Assembly: GCA_964408285.1 (NCBI GenBank)
Contig: CAYOYV010000017.1
Coordinates: forward strand, 1 to 33,686
Origin: an uncultured Nitrososphaerota archaeon
Lineage (GTDB): Archaea; Thermoproteota; EX4484-205; JAAOZO01
DNA: 33,686 nucleotides
Direction: 5' to 3'
Under the pieces are notes generated by a model that saw nothing but the letters and a program-made list of their open reading frames with translations, searched no databases and was not told where the DNA came from. Shown in pieces: positions 8,978-17,589 of this stretch (position 1 is the first letter of the stretch; each line of letters opens with the position of its first letter). The position numbers and the translations under genes are program-made.

Positions 8978-9223
8978 CTATGGGAATCCTTCAATAGGGA
9001 TAAGAGTTAGGGTATTTCGAACACCATCAATCTTCCTTATTCTTTCTGAGACCGTTTCCTTGAGCTTTTCAGGGCTGTCAGCCTTCACCTTGACGACTAT
9101 ATCATAGACCCCATAGACTACCCAGGCTTCCAATATGTCGGGTATCTTTTTCAGGTCATTTATTATTCTGGATTCGGCGCCTATCTCCACGTTTACCAAT
9201 ACGTATGCATGTGTGAACGCCAC
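8978..9223 (-). CDS. Stand-alone Lrp/AsnC ligand-binding (RAM) domain protein
   Basis: AYVLVNVEIG, VYGVYDIVVKV, IRKIDGVRNTLT. Confidence 0.9.
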   Translation of the reverse strand: MAFTHAYVLVNVEIGAESRIINDLKKIPDILEAWVVYGVYDIVVKVKADSPEKLKETVSERIRKIDGVRNTLTLIPIEGFP

Positions 9224-9310
9224 ATTACTTCACCATAATAGGGCCTTAAGCGTGAGGTTATAAGAATTGCTCGAGGGCCGAGTGCAAAATTCGGTTTTAC
9301 TCGATCGGAA

Positions 9311-9366
9311 GAAGTGATCACTGGAGTTCGGGCATGACGCTGACATCACCGATTTCCACTGAATTC
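9311..9366 (+). ncRNA. Candidate C/D box guide sRNA
   Basis: C-like GTGATCA (9314), 13-nt spacer, D' ATGA, C'-like GCTGACA, 13-nt spacer, D CTGA (9359-9362), short GAA/TTC terminal stem; intergenic. Confidence 0.45.
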
Positions 9367-9466
9367 AACCCGCGCACGATCCTGTGAATGTAGTTCGAGG
9401 AACAATACAGGTAAACGAGAGACGACAGAAAAAAATATAATGCCAAAAGAAGCGCAAATCAAGCGT

Positions 9467-9647
9467 GGGGGTATGGTCTAACCAGGCAAGACGATAGTAG
9501 AAGACCCGTCAAGGGCTCCAGCCAGAGAAATGGTTTTTCCGACCTTGCAAAAGGGATGAGGTGAGGTTGGAGCTGGGTGAGACCCATTTAAGGGAGTTCA
9601 AGCATAGGGTCCGAAAGGCCCCTGCGGAAAAGATCTCCCTACCCCCA
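9467..9647 (+). tRNA. tRNA-Trp(CCA) with three introns (9496-9512 at 28/29; 9522-9581 at 37/38; 9602-9632 in T-loop)
   Basis: Acceptor GGGGGTA/TACCCCC, D-stem GTCT/AGAC, spliced anticodon stem ATGGG/CCCAT, T-stem GGGAG/CTCCC, spliced T-loop TTCAAAT. Confidence 0.88.
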
Positions 9648-9723
9648 CATACACCAAAGGATTTATGGTATGCCAGTAAGTTGTATGACATAAATCCTGC
9701 CCTTCTGCTGCATTATTCGAAAG

Positions 9724-10182
9724 ATGTCCCCTTCATTTGAGAGTCAATCCGTAATCCCCCTAGTATTGCTGAGTGACCAAAGAACCTGGATTCACCGGTA
9801 CATTAGGCCGAATTCCTTGTTGGTCCCGTTCTATGATGTTTGGGGAGATAGCAATACTCGGGCCATCGCGAGTCGTCATAGGGACATTCACGATCTCTTG
9901 GGTTTCAGGGGTCCAATAGGCCTTTCGAGCATAGGTCCTGACGATTATGTCGTGAGCGAGGCCTACTTCTCGGATTTCGTCAGATTTTCAACGGAGAGCA
10001 ATTTCGATTACGTAGTGGCTTGGGATATGCCAACGTACGCCGACTGGCCTTCGGATATCTCCTTCAAAAACACGATGTGGAAGATTTATCAAGAGTATAA
10101 GGAAAAGAAGCTAACCAAAGAGGACATAAAGGAAATCAAAGGGAGATCAAGATCGCTCCAATCTAACGTCATACTTCTCTAA
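9724..10182 (+). pseudogene. Internally deleted cassette remnant: TGT-like fragment fused to LAGLIDADG-like C-terminus
   Basis: DIHDLLGFRGPIGLSSIGPDD..FDYVVAWDMPTYAD matches 31618-33447 (DIHSYLNFEGNILLSSIMPDE..FDGAIAWDSPAYAD); KIYQEYKEKKLTKEDIKEIK matches the tail of 30269-31621 (RLYEVYTKYRGRKLTDEEIQDIR). Confidence 0.8.
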
Positions 10183-10494
10183 GAATTCTTCCAGATCCTG
10201 AGGAGACTTGGCGAACAGAGCAGGCTTCCAATTGCCATCTTTCCCGGCTACCACCCACTTCATGACTCTTTCGGCATGGTACATCAAGAATGCCAACTCG
10301 CGAGTATCCCTAATCATGATCCCGCGATCCTTGAGAAACTTTAGCATTTCTTCTTCGTTGATGTAGTCTTTCCTGTAATGCAGGAATAAGTCTTCAAAGA
10401 GTTGTCTGACATCTTTATCAGAGGGCCCTTTGATGTCTCTTGCTTTCACCAATGCCAGAGTCTTTAATGAGGACTGAAATATAAGCACTCCCAA
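10147..10494 (-). CDS. Small protein, probable distant homolog of the cassette-B third gene
   Basis: LFEDLFLHYRKDYINEEEMLKFLKDRGI aligns with LVSEAFNHYGRHKLFENEFIKYFRGKGM. Confidence 0.6.
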   Translation of the reverse strand: MGVLIFQSSLKTLALVKARDIKGPSDKDVRQLFEDLFLHYRKDYINEEEMLKFLKDRGIMIRDTRELAFLMYHAERVMKWVVAGKDGNWKPALFAKSPQDLEEFLEKYDVRLERS

Positions 10495-10563
10495 TTCTAA
10501 TAATGTCCTCGAAAACGCCTACTGCGAATCTCCCTACCCTCACAATCACGTCAGGGATACGAC

Positions 10564-11244
10564 CTAGCTTCGCTTGACCCAAGTACCGATTTTCTTTCCT
10601 GAGATCACTTCTGCTATATCTTGGAAGCGAGGCCCGACGAACACCAGTTGCACGCTAGCCCTGCGGAGTATCTCAAATGCGACCAAATCCAAGGGCCTGT
10701 ACTCCCCTGCCTCAGACTTTCCAGTTGCGACAATCAGGTCGAATAGTTTGTCAAACGTGATTTCCTTAAGTAACTTCGCCCTTGGATTCTTATTGGGGTC
10801 TGAATCATATATCCCGTCGACTTCCATGCTTTTGACGAAGAGGTTCGCTTTGACTGTTTCTGCTGCAATTGCGGCGACGGCGTCTGTTGAATGTCCAGGG
10901 GTGAATCCTCCCGTGCAGACAACATCGTAATTGTCAAACGCCTCCTTCAATTGATCAACATCCTCTGCTGGTTTCGGATAGGCGATTTCACCCAGGGTGC
11001 CTATCAACAGTCTTGCATTCAACCTCGTCATCCCTATCCCTAGCATGTCTGCGAACACATTATCGCAACCCAGTTTCTTGGCCGTCTGTATGTATTGTCT
11101 TGCTTGGGGGCCTCCTCCGACCACGGCCACTACCTTATTGTGTTTCGAGACAAGGCTCTTAACCAATCTGCCGGCAGATTCGTAGTTCCCGGGTACTAGT
11201 GGATACTGGACCAAAGAGTGTCCGAACTTGATGACCACCTTCAA
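10564..11244 (-). CDS. pyrH: UMP kinase
   Basis: VVIKFGHS, VVGGG, PGHSTDAVAA, VDGIYDSDP. Confidence 0.95.
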   Translation of the reverse strand: MKVVIKFGHSLVQYPLVPGNYESAGRLVKSLVSKHNKVVAVVGGGPQARQYIQTAKKLGCDNVFADMLGIGMTRLNARLLIGTLGEIAYPKPAEDVDQLKEAFDNYDVVCTGGFTPGHSTDAVAAIAAETVKANLFVKSMEVDGIYDSDPNKNPRAKLLKEITFDKLFDLIVATGKSEAGEYRPLDLVAFEILRRASVQLVFVGPRFQDIAEVISGKKIGTWVKRS

Positions 11245-11398
11245 CGTTGCTTACACCAAGATACTACGGTATTTAAAAAATGATTCCGTGCGCGCGCAGT
11301 AGGACCTGTAGAGACGGAGGCCGCTGAGAAGCATAGCCAAGACACTGTGTCCACAGGTGAGTTAAAAGATAAATGGAGGCCAGATTATTTCACACAAA

Positions 11399-12634
11399 AT
11401 GGAGGTTCTTGACGAGCGAAAGCTCGCTAGATTACTTAGATTGCTTAGAAACAAGAGGGGAAGAGGAACAGAGCTAATCAGCCTTTACATACCTGCAGGA
11501 AGACAGATTAGTGAAGTCGCGGAGAATCTCAGGGAGGAGCATGGAAAAGCTTCAAACATCAAATCGAGAACCACAAGGAAAAACGTTCAAGAGGCGATCA
11601 CAAAAACCATGCAAAGGCTCAAGCTATACGATAAAGCTCCGGAGAACGGGCTTGTGATATTTTGTGGTGCCATCCCCACCGGACCCCCGGGGGCCGAGAT
11701 CATAGAGTTCTATGAGCTAATCCCCCCTAAACCGGTTAACTTATCGTACTATAGTTGCGATGACAAGTTCTATCTGGATCCCCTGCTAGAACTGACCAGA
11801 CCAAAGGAAGTCCTAGGAGTTATTCTGGTAGACAACTCGGAGGCAACTGTGGCAAAAGTCGAGGGAAAGGAGGTTACGATACTGGGGAACTATACATCTG
11901 GAATTCCTGGCAAATCCAGCAAAGGTGGACAGTCGGCTAGAAGGTTCCAAAGATTGAGGGAAATGTATCTTGGCGAATTCTACCGTAGGATTGCCAACCA
12001 CGCCAATGAAGCCCTTCTGGCAATACCTAGGATGAACAAGGTCATAATTGGTGGACCGGGAAACACAAAGAATGAATTCATAGAAGGAGACTATCTGAAT
12101 TATCAAATAAAGGAGAAAATATCTGCAGTCGTTGACACATCTTACACGGAAGAACAAGGAGTGAAAGAAGCGCTCGAGAAAGCCGCGAGCAAACTAGAGA
12201 GGATAGAACTTGTTGAGGAAAGGAGGGCAGTTCAACGCTTCCTTTCCGAGATTGCCAAGGATTCCGGTTTGGCTGTCTACGGCGAAGACGATGTAAGATC
12301 GGCATTGAACGCACACAAGGCAGCGCGCCTCTTGCTGTCGGAAGGACTCAACACAGTCACGTTGAACGTCCATTGTACGAATTGCGGGTATGAAGCCAAA
12401 AGGAAGACAGCGGGAGAACAGCTCGACCTATTCGTGACCAACCTCAAATCGGAACGTTGCCCGAAGTGCGATTCTCAGTCTCTGATGGTAGGCGAAGTGA
12501 GTGGCGCCTTTGACGACTTTCTTGCCCTAGCGGAAAAATCCGGTGCCGAGATTGACATAATATCAACGAAAACCGAGGAGGGACAAATGCTCTTGAAAGG
12601 CTTCGGTGGAGTCGGAGCACTACTCAAGGTCTAA
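11399..12634 (+). CDS. prf1: Peptide chain release factor aRF1
   Basis: TELISLYIP, NIKS, YSCDDKF, GGQS, GFGGVGALL; CTNC..CPKC ribbon insert. Confidence 0.97.
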   Translation: MEVLDERKLARLLRLLRNKRGRGTELISLYIPAGRQISEVAENLREEHGKASNIKSRTTRKNVQEAITKTMQRLKLYDKAPENGLVIFCGAIPTGPPGAEIIEFYELIPPKPVNLSYYSCDDKFYLDPLLELTRPKEVLGVILVDNSEATVAKVEGKEVTILGNYTSGIPGKSSKGGQSARRFQRLREMYLGEFYRRIANHANEALLAIPRMNKVIIGGPGNTKNEFIEGDYLNYQIKEKISAVVDTSYTEEQGVKEALEKAASKLERIELVEERRAVQRFLSEIAKDSGLAVYGEDDVRSALNAHKAARLLLSEGLNTVTLNVHCTNCGYEAKRKTAGEQLDLFVTNLKSERCPKCDSQSLMVGEVSGAFDDFLALAEKSGAEIDIISTKTEEGQMLLKGFGGVGALLKV

Positions 12635-12670
12635 CAAAGATTAAAATCTTCATAGAGGTTCTAATCCCCG

Positions 12671-12817
12671 GGGCCGGTGGCCTAGCAACTCACAAAGATG
12701 AGCTAGTGTGGTTAAGGCGTCTGCTTCAAAGGACGATGCTGATAACCAAAGGCCGAGACCAGAAGATCGGCGGTTCGAAAGCCGTCGAAGGCATCGGAAA
12801 TCCGCCCCGGCCCACCA
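12671..12817 (+). tRNA. tRNA-Ile(GAT) with four introns (12688-12708, 12724-12737, ~12745-12757, 12780-12800); CCA encoded
   Basis: Acceptor GGGCCGG/CCGGCCC; after splicing: D-arm GCCTAGCATGGTTAAGGC, anticodon arm TCTGG-CTGATAA-CCAGA, T-arm GGCGG-TTCGAAT-CCGCC. Confidence 0.87.
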
Positions 12818-12948
12818 TCCCTATAATGAAATCGAACTGACAAATTGCATCTCAAACCTTTATTTCAGGTCTTTCGTGATCTCTTCTTAGTTCTTCAGAT
12901 GTTGGCGACTTTGTTTGTTTCGGAGTTTTTTTGAATCCGCGAGCTTGT

Positions 12949-13200
12949 CTAATCTTCTTCCCTGCCCACCAATTCAAACACAGTTTTGTGACCTATTATT
13001 TTCAATGGATTACCAGGTTCCCAGATTGGCTTTACTCCGATCGTTATAATATTCATTGCATCTGCCTCAATCCAGAGTTCATCTGTCTTCTCCTTGTTCA
13101 TTCCCTTGTTTTGGAAGTACTTCATAAATTCCTCTTTGAACAACTTGTTTCTGCCAAGATGTTGAAACGGCTCTTTTACTAGGGCTTCTATTTTTTCCTT
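12949..13200 (-). CDS. Small cassette-B protein (paralog of 30021-30272); start codon uncertain
   Basis: NIITIGVKPIWEPGNPLKIIGHKTVF vs NIITIGVKPLWEPGHPLNIIGQKTVF. Confidence 0.7.
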   Translation of the reverse strand, partial: KEKIEALVKEPFQHLGRNKLFKEEFMKYFQNKGMNKEKTDELWIEADAMNIITIGVKPIWEPGNPLKIIGHKTVFELVGREED

Positions 13201-14408
13201 TCTATCTTTCTTCTTATTTCGTCCACGTCTTTTCCCCACTCTATGTCTGGAAACAGTTCCTGCGTTTTTCGGCTTATCCAATCTATGCTTATGTCTGCAG
13301 GGTTTTCCTCTTTAATCTTTCTCAGCTCCTGAATTTCCTCGTCGGTGAGCTGCCTTCCTCTGTATTTCACGTAAGCTTGATATAGCCTTTCAAATCTCTC
13401 GGCCTTCCACGTGCCAGGCAGCAACCCATATTCATCGTGAATGATATCTATCAGGTGCGGCCTACTAGTTCGAACCTCCCAAAACGTTGTCACCCTACCG
13501 TATCTACTAACGTGAACCTTTGTGGGGGTTTCCCTAGGCCATTTTGCGTCCATGTGAGAATTACTCAATAGGGCTAATTCCTGATCAAGCAATCGGGGAG
13601 AAAGCCCTTTGACCGCCCTTAGAATCTCAGGATCTGTTATGCGTCGAATTGGTATCTTGCTTCCGTGTTCTTCCTCAATCCGTCTAAGCTCGTCTACCTG
13701 CATACTCGCGAGCCCGTCCGTTATGTCGACAGAGCGGCCCCATGCTATCCCAAGTCCTGCTCTTCTCTGCTTATTGACCGTCAGATAGAACCCCCCTTCT
13801 TCGTTGAGGGTAGCTTGAACATGATAACAGGTCATCCCTGAATCCCTTGCCATCTGAGGATCAAGCGAGGGATTGCTGACGGTCTTCTTACCACGCGGGA
13901 GACCCGAGGCTTCTAAGGCCCTTCCGAGAACAGAATTGGCAAAGATTTCCAAGGTGCGATGACCTAAGATGACTTCCTTAAGACTCGGTCCCCAGATTCC
14001 TTAACAGTGTCTGCGAAATGCTTAAGCATGACAGGATCTTGGTTGCTGTGGCTCAGCAAGCGTTTCTGCGTGATCGTTCCTTCGTTGAGGGCATGGGTCT
14101 TCATCTTAAGAAAACCTCTGCATTTCATGTCTATCGGGTAAGGATGTGGTTGTAAGATCACACCTCGTCTTTCGATTTCGTCTGGGCTGATCTTGAACCG
14201 GTCGCAAAACCGCTTAAGAGCGCCCACATTCATAGTTGTTTTTGTACGATCAACCAAATTCCGGTAGAGAGTTCGATCAGACTTATTCGATACTTTCTCT
14301 CTTAAGAAGCTTTTGATGTCGTAGTACCCGCACTCTCTCATCCCGCGTTCTATGATTCCCTGTACGTAGCTAGAATCAACCGTAACATGAGCCAATTTGG
14401 GCTCATCT
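13188..14408 (-). pseudogene. Frameshifted, N-truncated HTH-LAGLIDADG-like gene
   Basis: ORFs 13964-14530 and 13188-13952 together align to 30269-31621 (SNQDPV, GRALEASGLP, SNPSLDP, IDIIHDEYG.LPGTWKAERFERLY). Confidence 0.88.
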
Positions 14409-14583
14409 TGTCCAAATGGCAAATGTCGCATTCTTCTATGGCCTTCACTACTGGTGGCTTGAGTTCGCACCCCAAGAGTGGACAACGGTAGCCATGAGAT
14501 TCTATTCCATAGGATTCGAGACCGCCACAAATCTCAGCTATGAGGCAGACTCTGCAATCTCTATCGCATCCTGAAACTCTCAA
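14409..14583 (-). pseudogene. Remnant 8-Cys N-terminal domain of the cassette-B TGT-like gene
   Basis: GCDRDCRVC..ICGG...GYRCPLLGCEL...ECDIC matches the N-terminus of 31618-33447. Confidence 0.88.
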
Positions 14584-14827
14584 GGCAAGTCGCTAGAGAT
14601 GGTTGTAAGTCTTACGTCTTATTGCGCCTTAATGGCGATTGTACAGCCTTTCCTGAGTGGTCTAAACGTGTGGAGGATCTTTCTGAATAACGAATCGATA
14701 CATCTCGCGGGCTTCACCAATCACACTATCAATCAACGCTGACCGCACATCCATGAGCTATACGCTTGCTTGATGCCCACGGACGGGTTGCGGAAACCAT
14801 TAAAAAAGGCCAGAAGGCCCATAGTTT

Positions 14828-14916
14828 GGGCCGGTAGTCTAGCTTGGTACGGACGCTGGCTTCGCATTTCTGCCAGAAAAAGCCAGAGGTCGCGGGTTCG
14901 AGTCCCGCCCGGTCCA
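14828..14916 (+). tRNA. tRNA-Ala(CGC) with ~14-nt intron at 37/38 (14867-14880)
   Basis: Acceptor GGGCCGG/CCGGTCC with G3:U70, anticodon stem CTGGC/GCCAG, GGTTCGAGTCC. Confidence 0.92.
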
Positions 14917-14989
14917 CCTTCATCACCGCGGGCTTACGCATGGCATGAAGCACATCCGGAAAATGATTAAAAACGAACCCAACACGTGA

Positions 14990-15460
14990 ATGCAGATGAA
15001 GACGGCAAATCGGCAAAGTAACCTTGATGACAAGGACGAGATGATCCTAAATTCGCTTCGAGAAGATGCTAGCAAACCTCTGACGAAACTGTCTTCGAAG
15101 CTGGGGATTCCAAGGGCTACCTTGCAGGATAGAGTAAAGCGGCTGGTAAAGGAAGGGGTGATAAAGAGATTCACTATTGTCCCAGATTTCTCGAAGTTGG
15201 GCAAACCAGTAGCGGCCTTCATAATGGTTTCATTCACTCCCACTCCAAACGTTTCCCAGAGGGAATTGGCAAAGGAGATATCACTATTGCCGGAGGCAGA
15301 AGAGGTACATTTGATCTCAGGGCAGTGGGACATAGTCGTGAAGGTAAGAGTTTCCAGAGTTGAAGACATAGGCGAACTCGTTATAGACAGAATAAGGGTG
15401 ATGAAGGGCGTGGAGAAGACGGAAACCTGCGTAAGCTTTGGGACGATCAAGGAGGACTGA
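14990..15460 (+). CDS. Lrp/AsnC family transcriptional regulator
   Basis: LDDKDEMILNSLREDA HTH, GVIKRFT..PD..KLG, ISGQWDIVVKV. Confidence 0.95.
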   Translation: MQMKTANRQSNLDDKDEMILNSLREDASKPLTKLSSKLGIPRATLQDRVKRLVKEGVIKRFTIVPDFSKLGKPVAAFIMVSFTPTPNVSQRELAKEISLLPEAEEVHLISGQWDIVVKVRVSRVEDIGELVIDRIRVMKGVEKTETCVSFGTIKED

Positions 15461-15612
15461 AACAAAAGAGAAGAAAGCACAGCGAAATAAGGCGCAAATC
15501 GAATAAGAGTCCGGTCAAGTACCATTTCTAGCCTCTGGGGCCTTTCTTCTTCAATAATCAAGGGTCTAGAACAACATAGAGATATATTTCGTTAAATGGA
15601 GCTCTGGCGCGA

Positions 15613-16728
15613 ATGGCTATCATAAGGGCTCTGGCCTTCCATGCGCCGAAGCACAAAGGCGTCCTCACGGAGAAATATCTAGACGATCTGATTGGATTCA
15701 GTTGCTCGTTTCGCAAACTCGGAGACTCGTTCAAGACGAAGATATGGACAAGACGAATAGTGCTGCCGAGAACGGAAGACGCTGAGGATTTCGACCTATA
15801 TGATCTATCACTAAAGGCAGACGAGATCACAAGGCGATTTCCTGCCGACTTCCTTGCTCTGCCGCTGGGAAACGTCGATGTGGCAAAAATAGGCCCGCAA
15901 TTAACCAGTGCATTAAGCCACACCTCAACAACCTTTTTCTCGATTAATGCTGGGGCCCTCGGTGATGCGCTTTCGAACTCAAAGCCAATGCCACTAATCA
16001 GGCTTCTTAAGCAGATAACAGAAAGTGCTGGGCCGGAAGCTTGCTCGAGGTTTGCCATAGCATTTGGGGATCAACCAGAGACCCCATATTTTCCGGACGC
16101 CGCTTCCGAGAGAAAGGGCTTCTCCATAAGCGCACGCTACGTTCCGGAAGTGAACGAGGGCTTGGCCTCGTCCGGCTTCGAGGGCGCCAAGAAGTCAATA
16201 GAAACCATACTACTTGCTCTACAAAGGGAAGCAAGAACAGCATCGGCCTCTTCCGGCCTCAGATACCTAGGACTGGACCCTTCAATCTCTCCTTGGATGG
16301 ATGAGAGCATCGCACGCGTCATATGCAGACTAATGGGTGATGAATTCGGGAATGTGGGAACATATCACGCCGTACACAGACTCAATTCAGCGCTCATGAA
16401 GGCTTCAAATTCAATTAGAACCATCGGGTTCAGGGAGATCATGTTACCTCTGGCTGAGGACGATGAACTGAAGAGGTTGGCATCGACCGGGAAGATCGAC
16501 ATCAAGCTCTTGGTTTCTCTCATATCAGTCTGTGTGGCTGGGCTGGACATGGTAGTGCTTCCGCTTTCCACTCCTGACAGGAAGTTGGTTGAACTGCTAC
16601 TCGATGTTTTTTCCATAGCACAAAGAAGAAACAAAGCTCTCGGGATTAGGCTGATACTCGCCGATGCTAAGCCGGGGGAGTGGATGAAGCTAGGCAGATT
16701 CGGAAGCGTACCGGTGATGTCGATTTAG
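15613..16728 (+). CDS. DUF711-like family protein
   Basis: ETPYFP, GLDPSISPW, IMLPLAEDDEL, SVCVAGLDMV. Confidence 0.75.
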   Translation: MAIIRALAFHAPKHKGVLTEKYLDDLIGFSCSFRKLGDSFKTKIWTRRIVLPRTEDAEDFDLYDLSLKADEITRRFPADFLALPLGNVDVAKIGPQLTSALSHTSTTFFSINAGALGDALSNSKPMPLIRLLKQITESAGPEACSRFAIAFGDQPETPYFPDAASERKGFSISARYVPEVNEGLASSGFEGAKKSIETILLALQREARTASASSGLRYLGLDPSISPWMDESIARVICRLMGDEFGNVGTYHAVHRLNSALMKASNSIRTIGFREIMLPLAEDDELKRLASTGKIDIKLLVSLISVCVAGLDMVVLPLSTPDRKLVELLLDVFSIAQRRNKALGIRLILADAKPGEWMKLGRFGSVPVMSI

Positions 16729-16739
16729 CCAACTCCAAC

Positions 16740-17111
16740 AATCACGAATCGAACAGCTTTCTGAGCTATGAGTATTGCGCTCAACATCTAAGTCGACGAC
16801 ATCGAGTCGGTCCGTTTCCTCGACGCGCGTTGGAACAAAACCTGAGAACGGGACCATGGACATGAACTCCTTTCTTATTGAGGGCATGTTAACGCCTCAT
16901 CGTATGTGATTACCACCTTTGGACAGTAAGACCTGACCATGCAAACTGAACGAGGATAGGTGATTCCGCTATAGCATGCACCTTTCAAGCATAGTGAGAC
17001 TACACAATTCCGGGTAGTACAACCGAAGCACGAATTCTCAAAATAAGGACAACTGCGGCATCTTATTCCGCACTCTCCGTTCTCCTTCAACGACTTAGTG
17101 ATTTCTACCAT
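16740..17111 (-). pseudogene. Remnant of cassette subtype A downstream of tRNA-Leu
   Basis: 16875-17111 aligns ungapped with the N-terminus of 1593-2735 (26/56 identities by hand, all 9 Cys). The frameshifted continuation MPSIR..FVP resembles MPRLR..FVP. Left boundary is approximate. Confidence 0.75.
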
Positions 17112-17295
17112 TGGTGAGATTATGCCTGAATCTGGTATGACTTGTGTTAATATTCCTGATGAATGTCAAGTTCACAGTTGATGCATACCAATAAGGGCGT
17201 GCTGTCACTCACTCGGTCATATTGTACAACAACTATCGTTTCTCTTATGCGGTCTATCCCTGTTGAGTTATCTCCGTGTTATATGTTGGTAAAAG

Positions 17296-17424
17296 TGCGG
17301 GAGCTGGGAATTTCAGGGGCTGTCCCCTTTGAACCCAGGAACCCCTTCGGGACAGGAGCCTCAGTCCTGCGCCTTAGACCTGGCTTGGCGATTCGGATAG
17401 GCATACTAAGTGCCTAACTCCCGC
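17296..17424 (-). tRNA. tRNA-Leu(GAG) with introns at 7/8 (17392-17417) and 59/60 (17310-17327)
   Basis: Acceptor GCGGGAG/CTCCCGC, anticodon arm CAGGA-CTGAGGC-TCCTG, long variable arm; BHB helices CGGG/TCCG and TTCA/TGAA. Confidence 0.9.
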
Positions 17425-17589
17425 ATCTCCCGCCGGATTATCCGGAGGTGCTACCGCTTTTTAACCTATTTCCATTCGTTGTCCCTGCTCCCTATCAACT
17501 CTCTCTGGTAGAACTTCAGATAATCGGGAGAATATTTCCTTCCAGAACTGGCAATACGCTTTATTAGCCATTTACCTTGCCGTAGAATA

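Larger units (their letters stand above)
12949..14583 (-). mobile_element. Decayed copy of cassette subtype B between tRNA-Ile and tRNA-Ala(CGC)
   Basis: Colinear with 30021-33447 but lacks about 1.8 kb and has a frameshift near 13960. Confidence 0.7.

Noticed and set aside
12817-14828. attL/attR duplication or terminal inverted repeats
   Set aside because: The flanking tRNAs are complete and different isotypes. The GGCGACTT/AAGTCGC near-inverted match is short and not reproduced in the intact copy.
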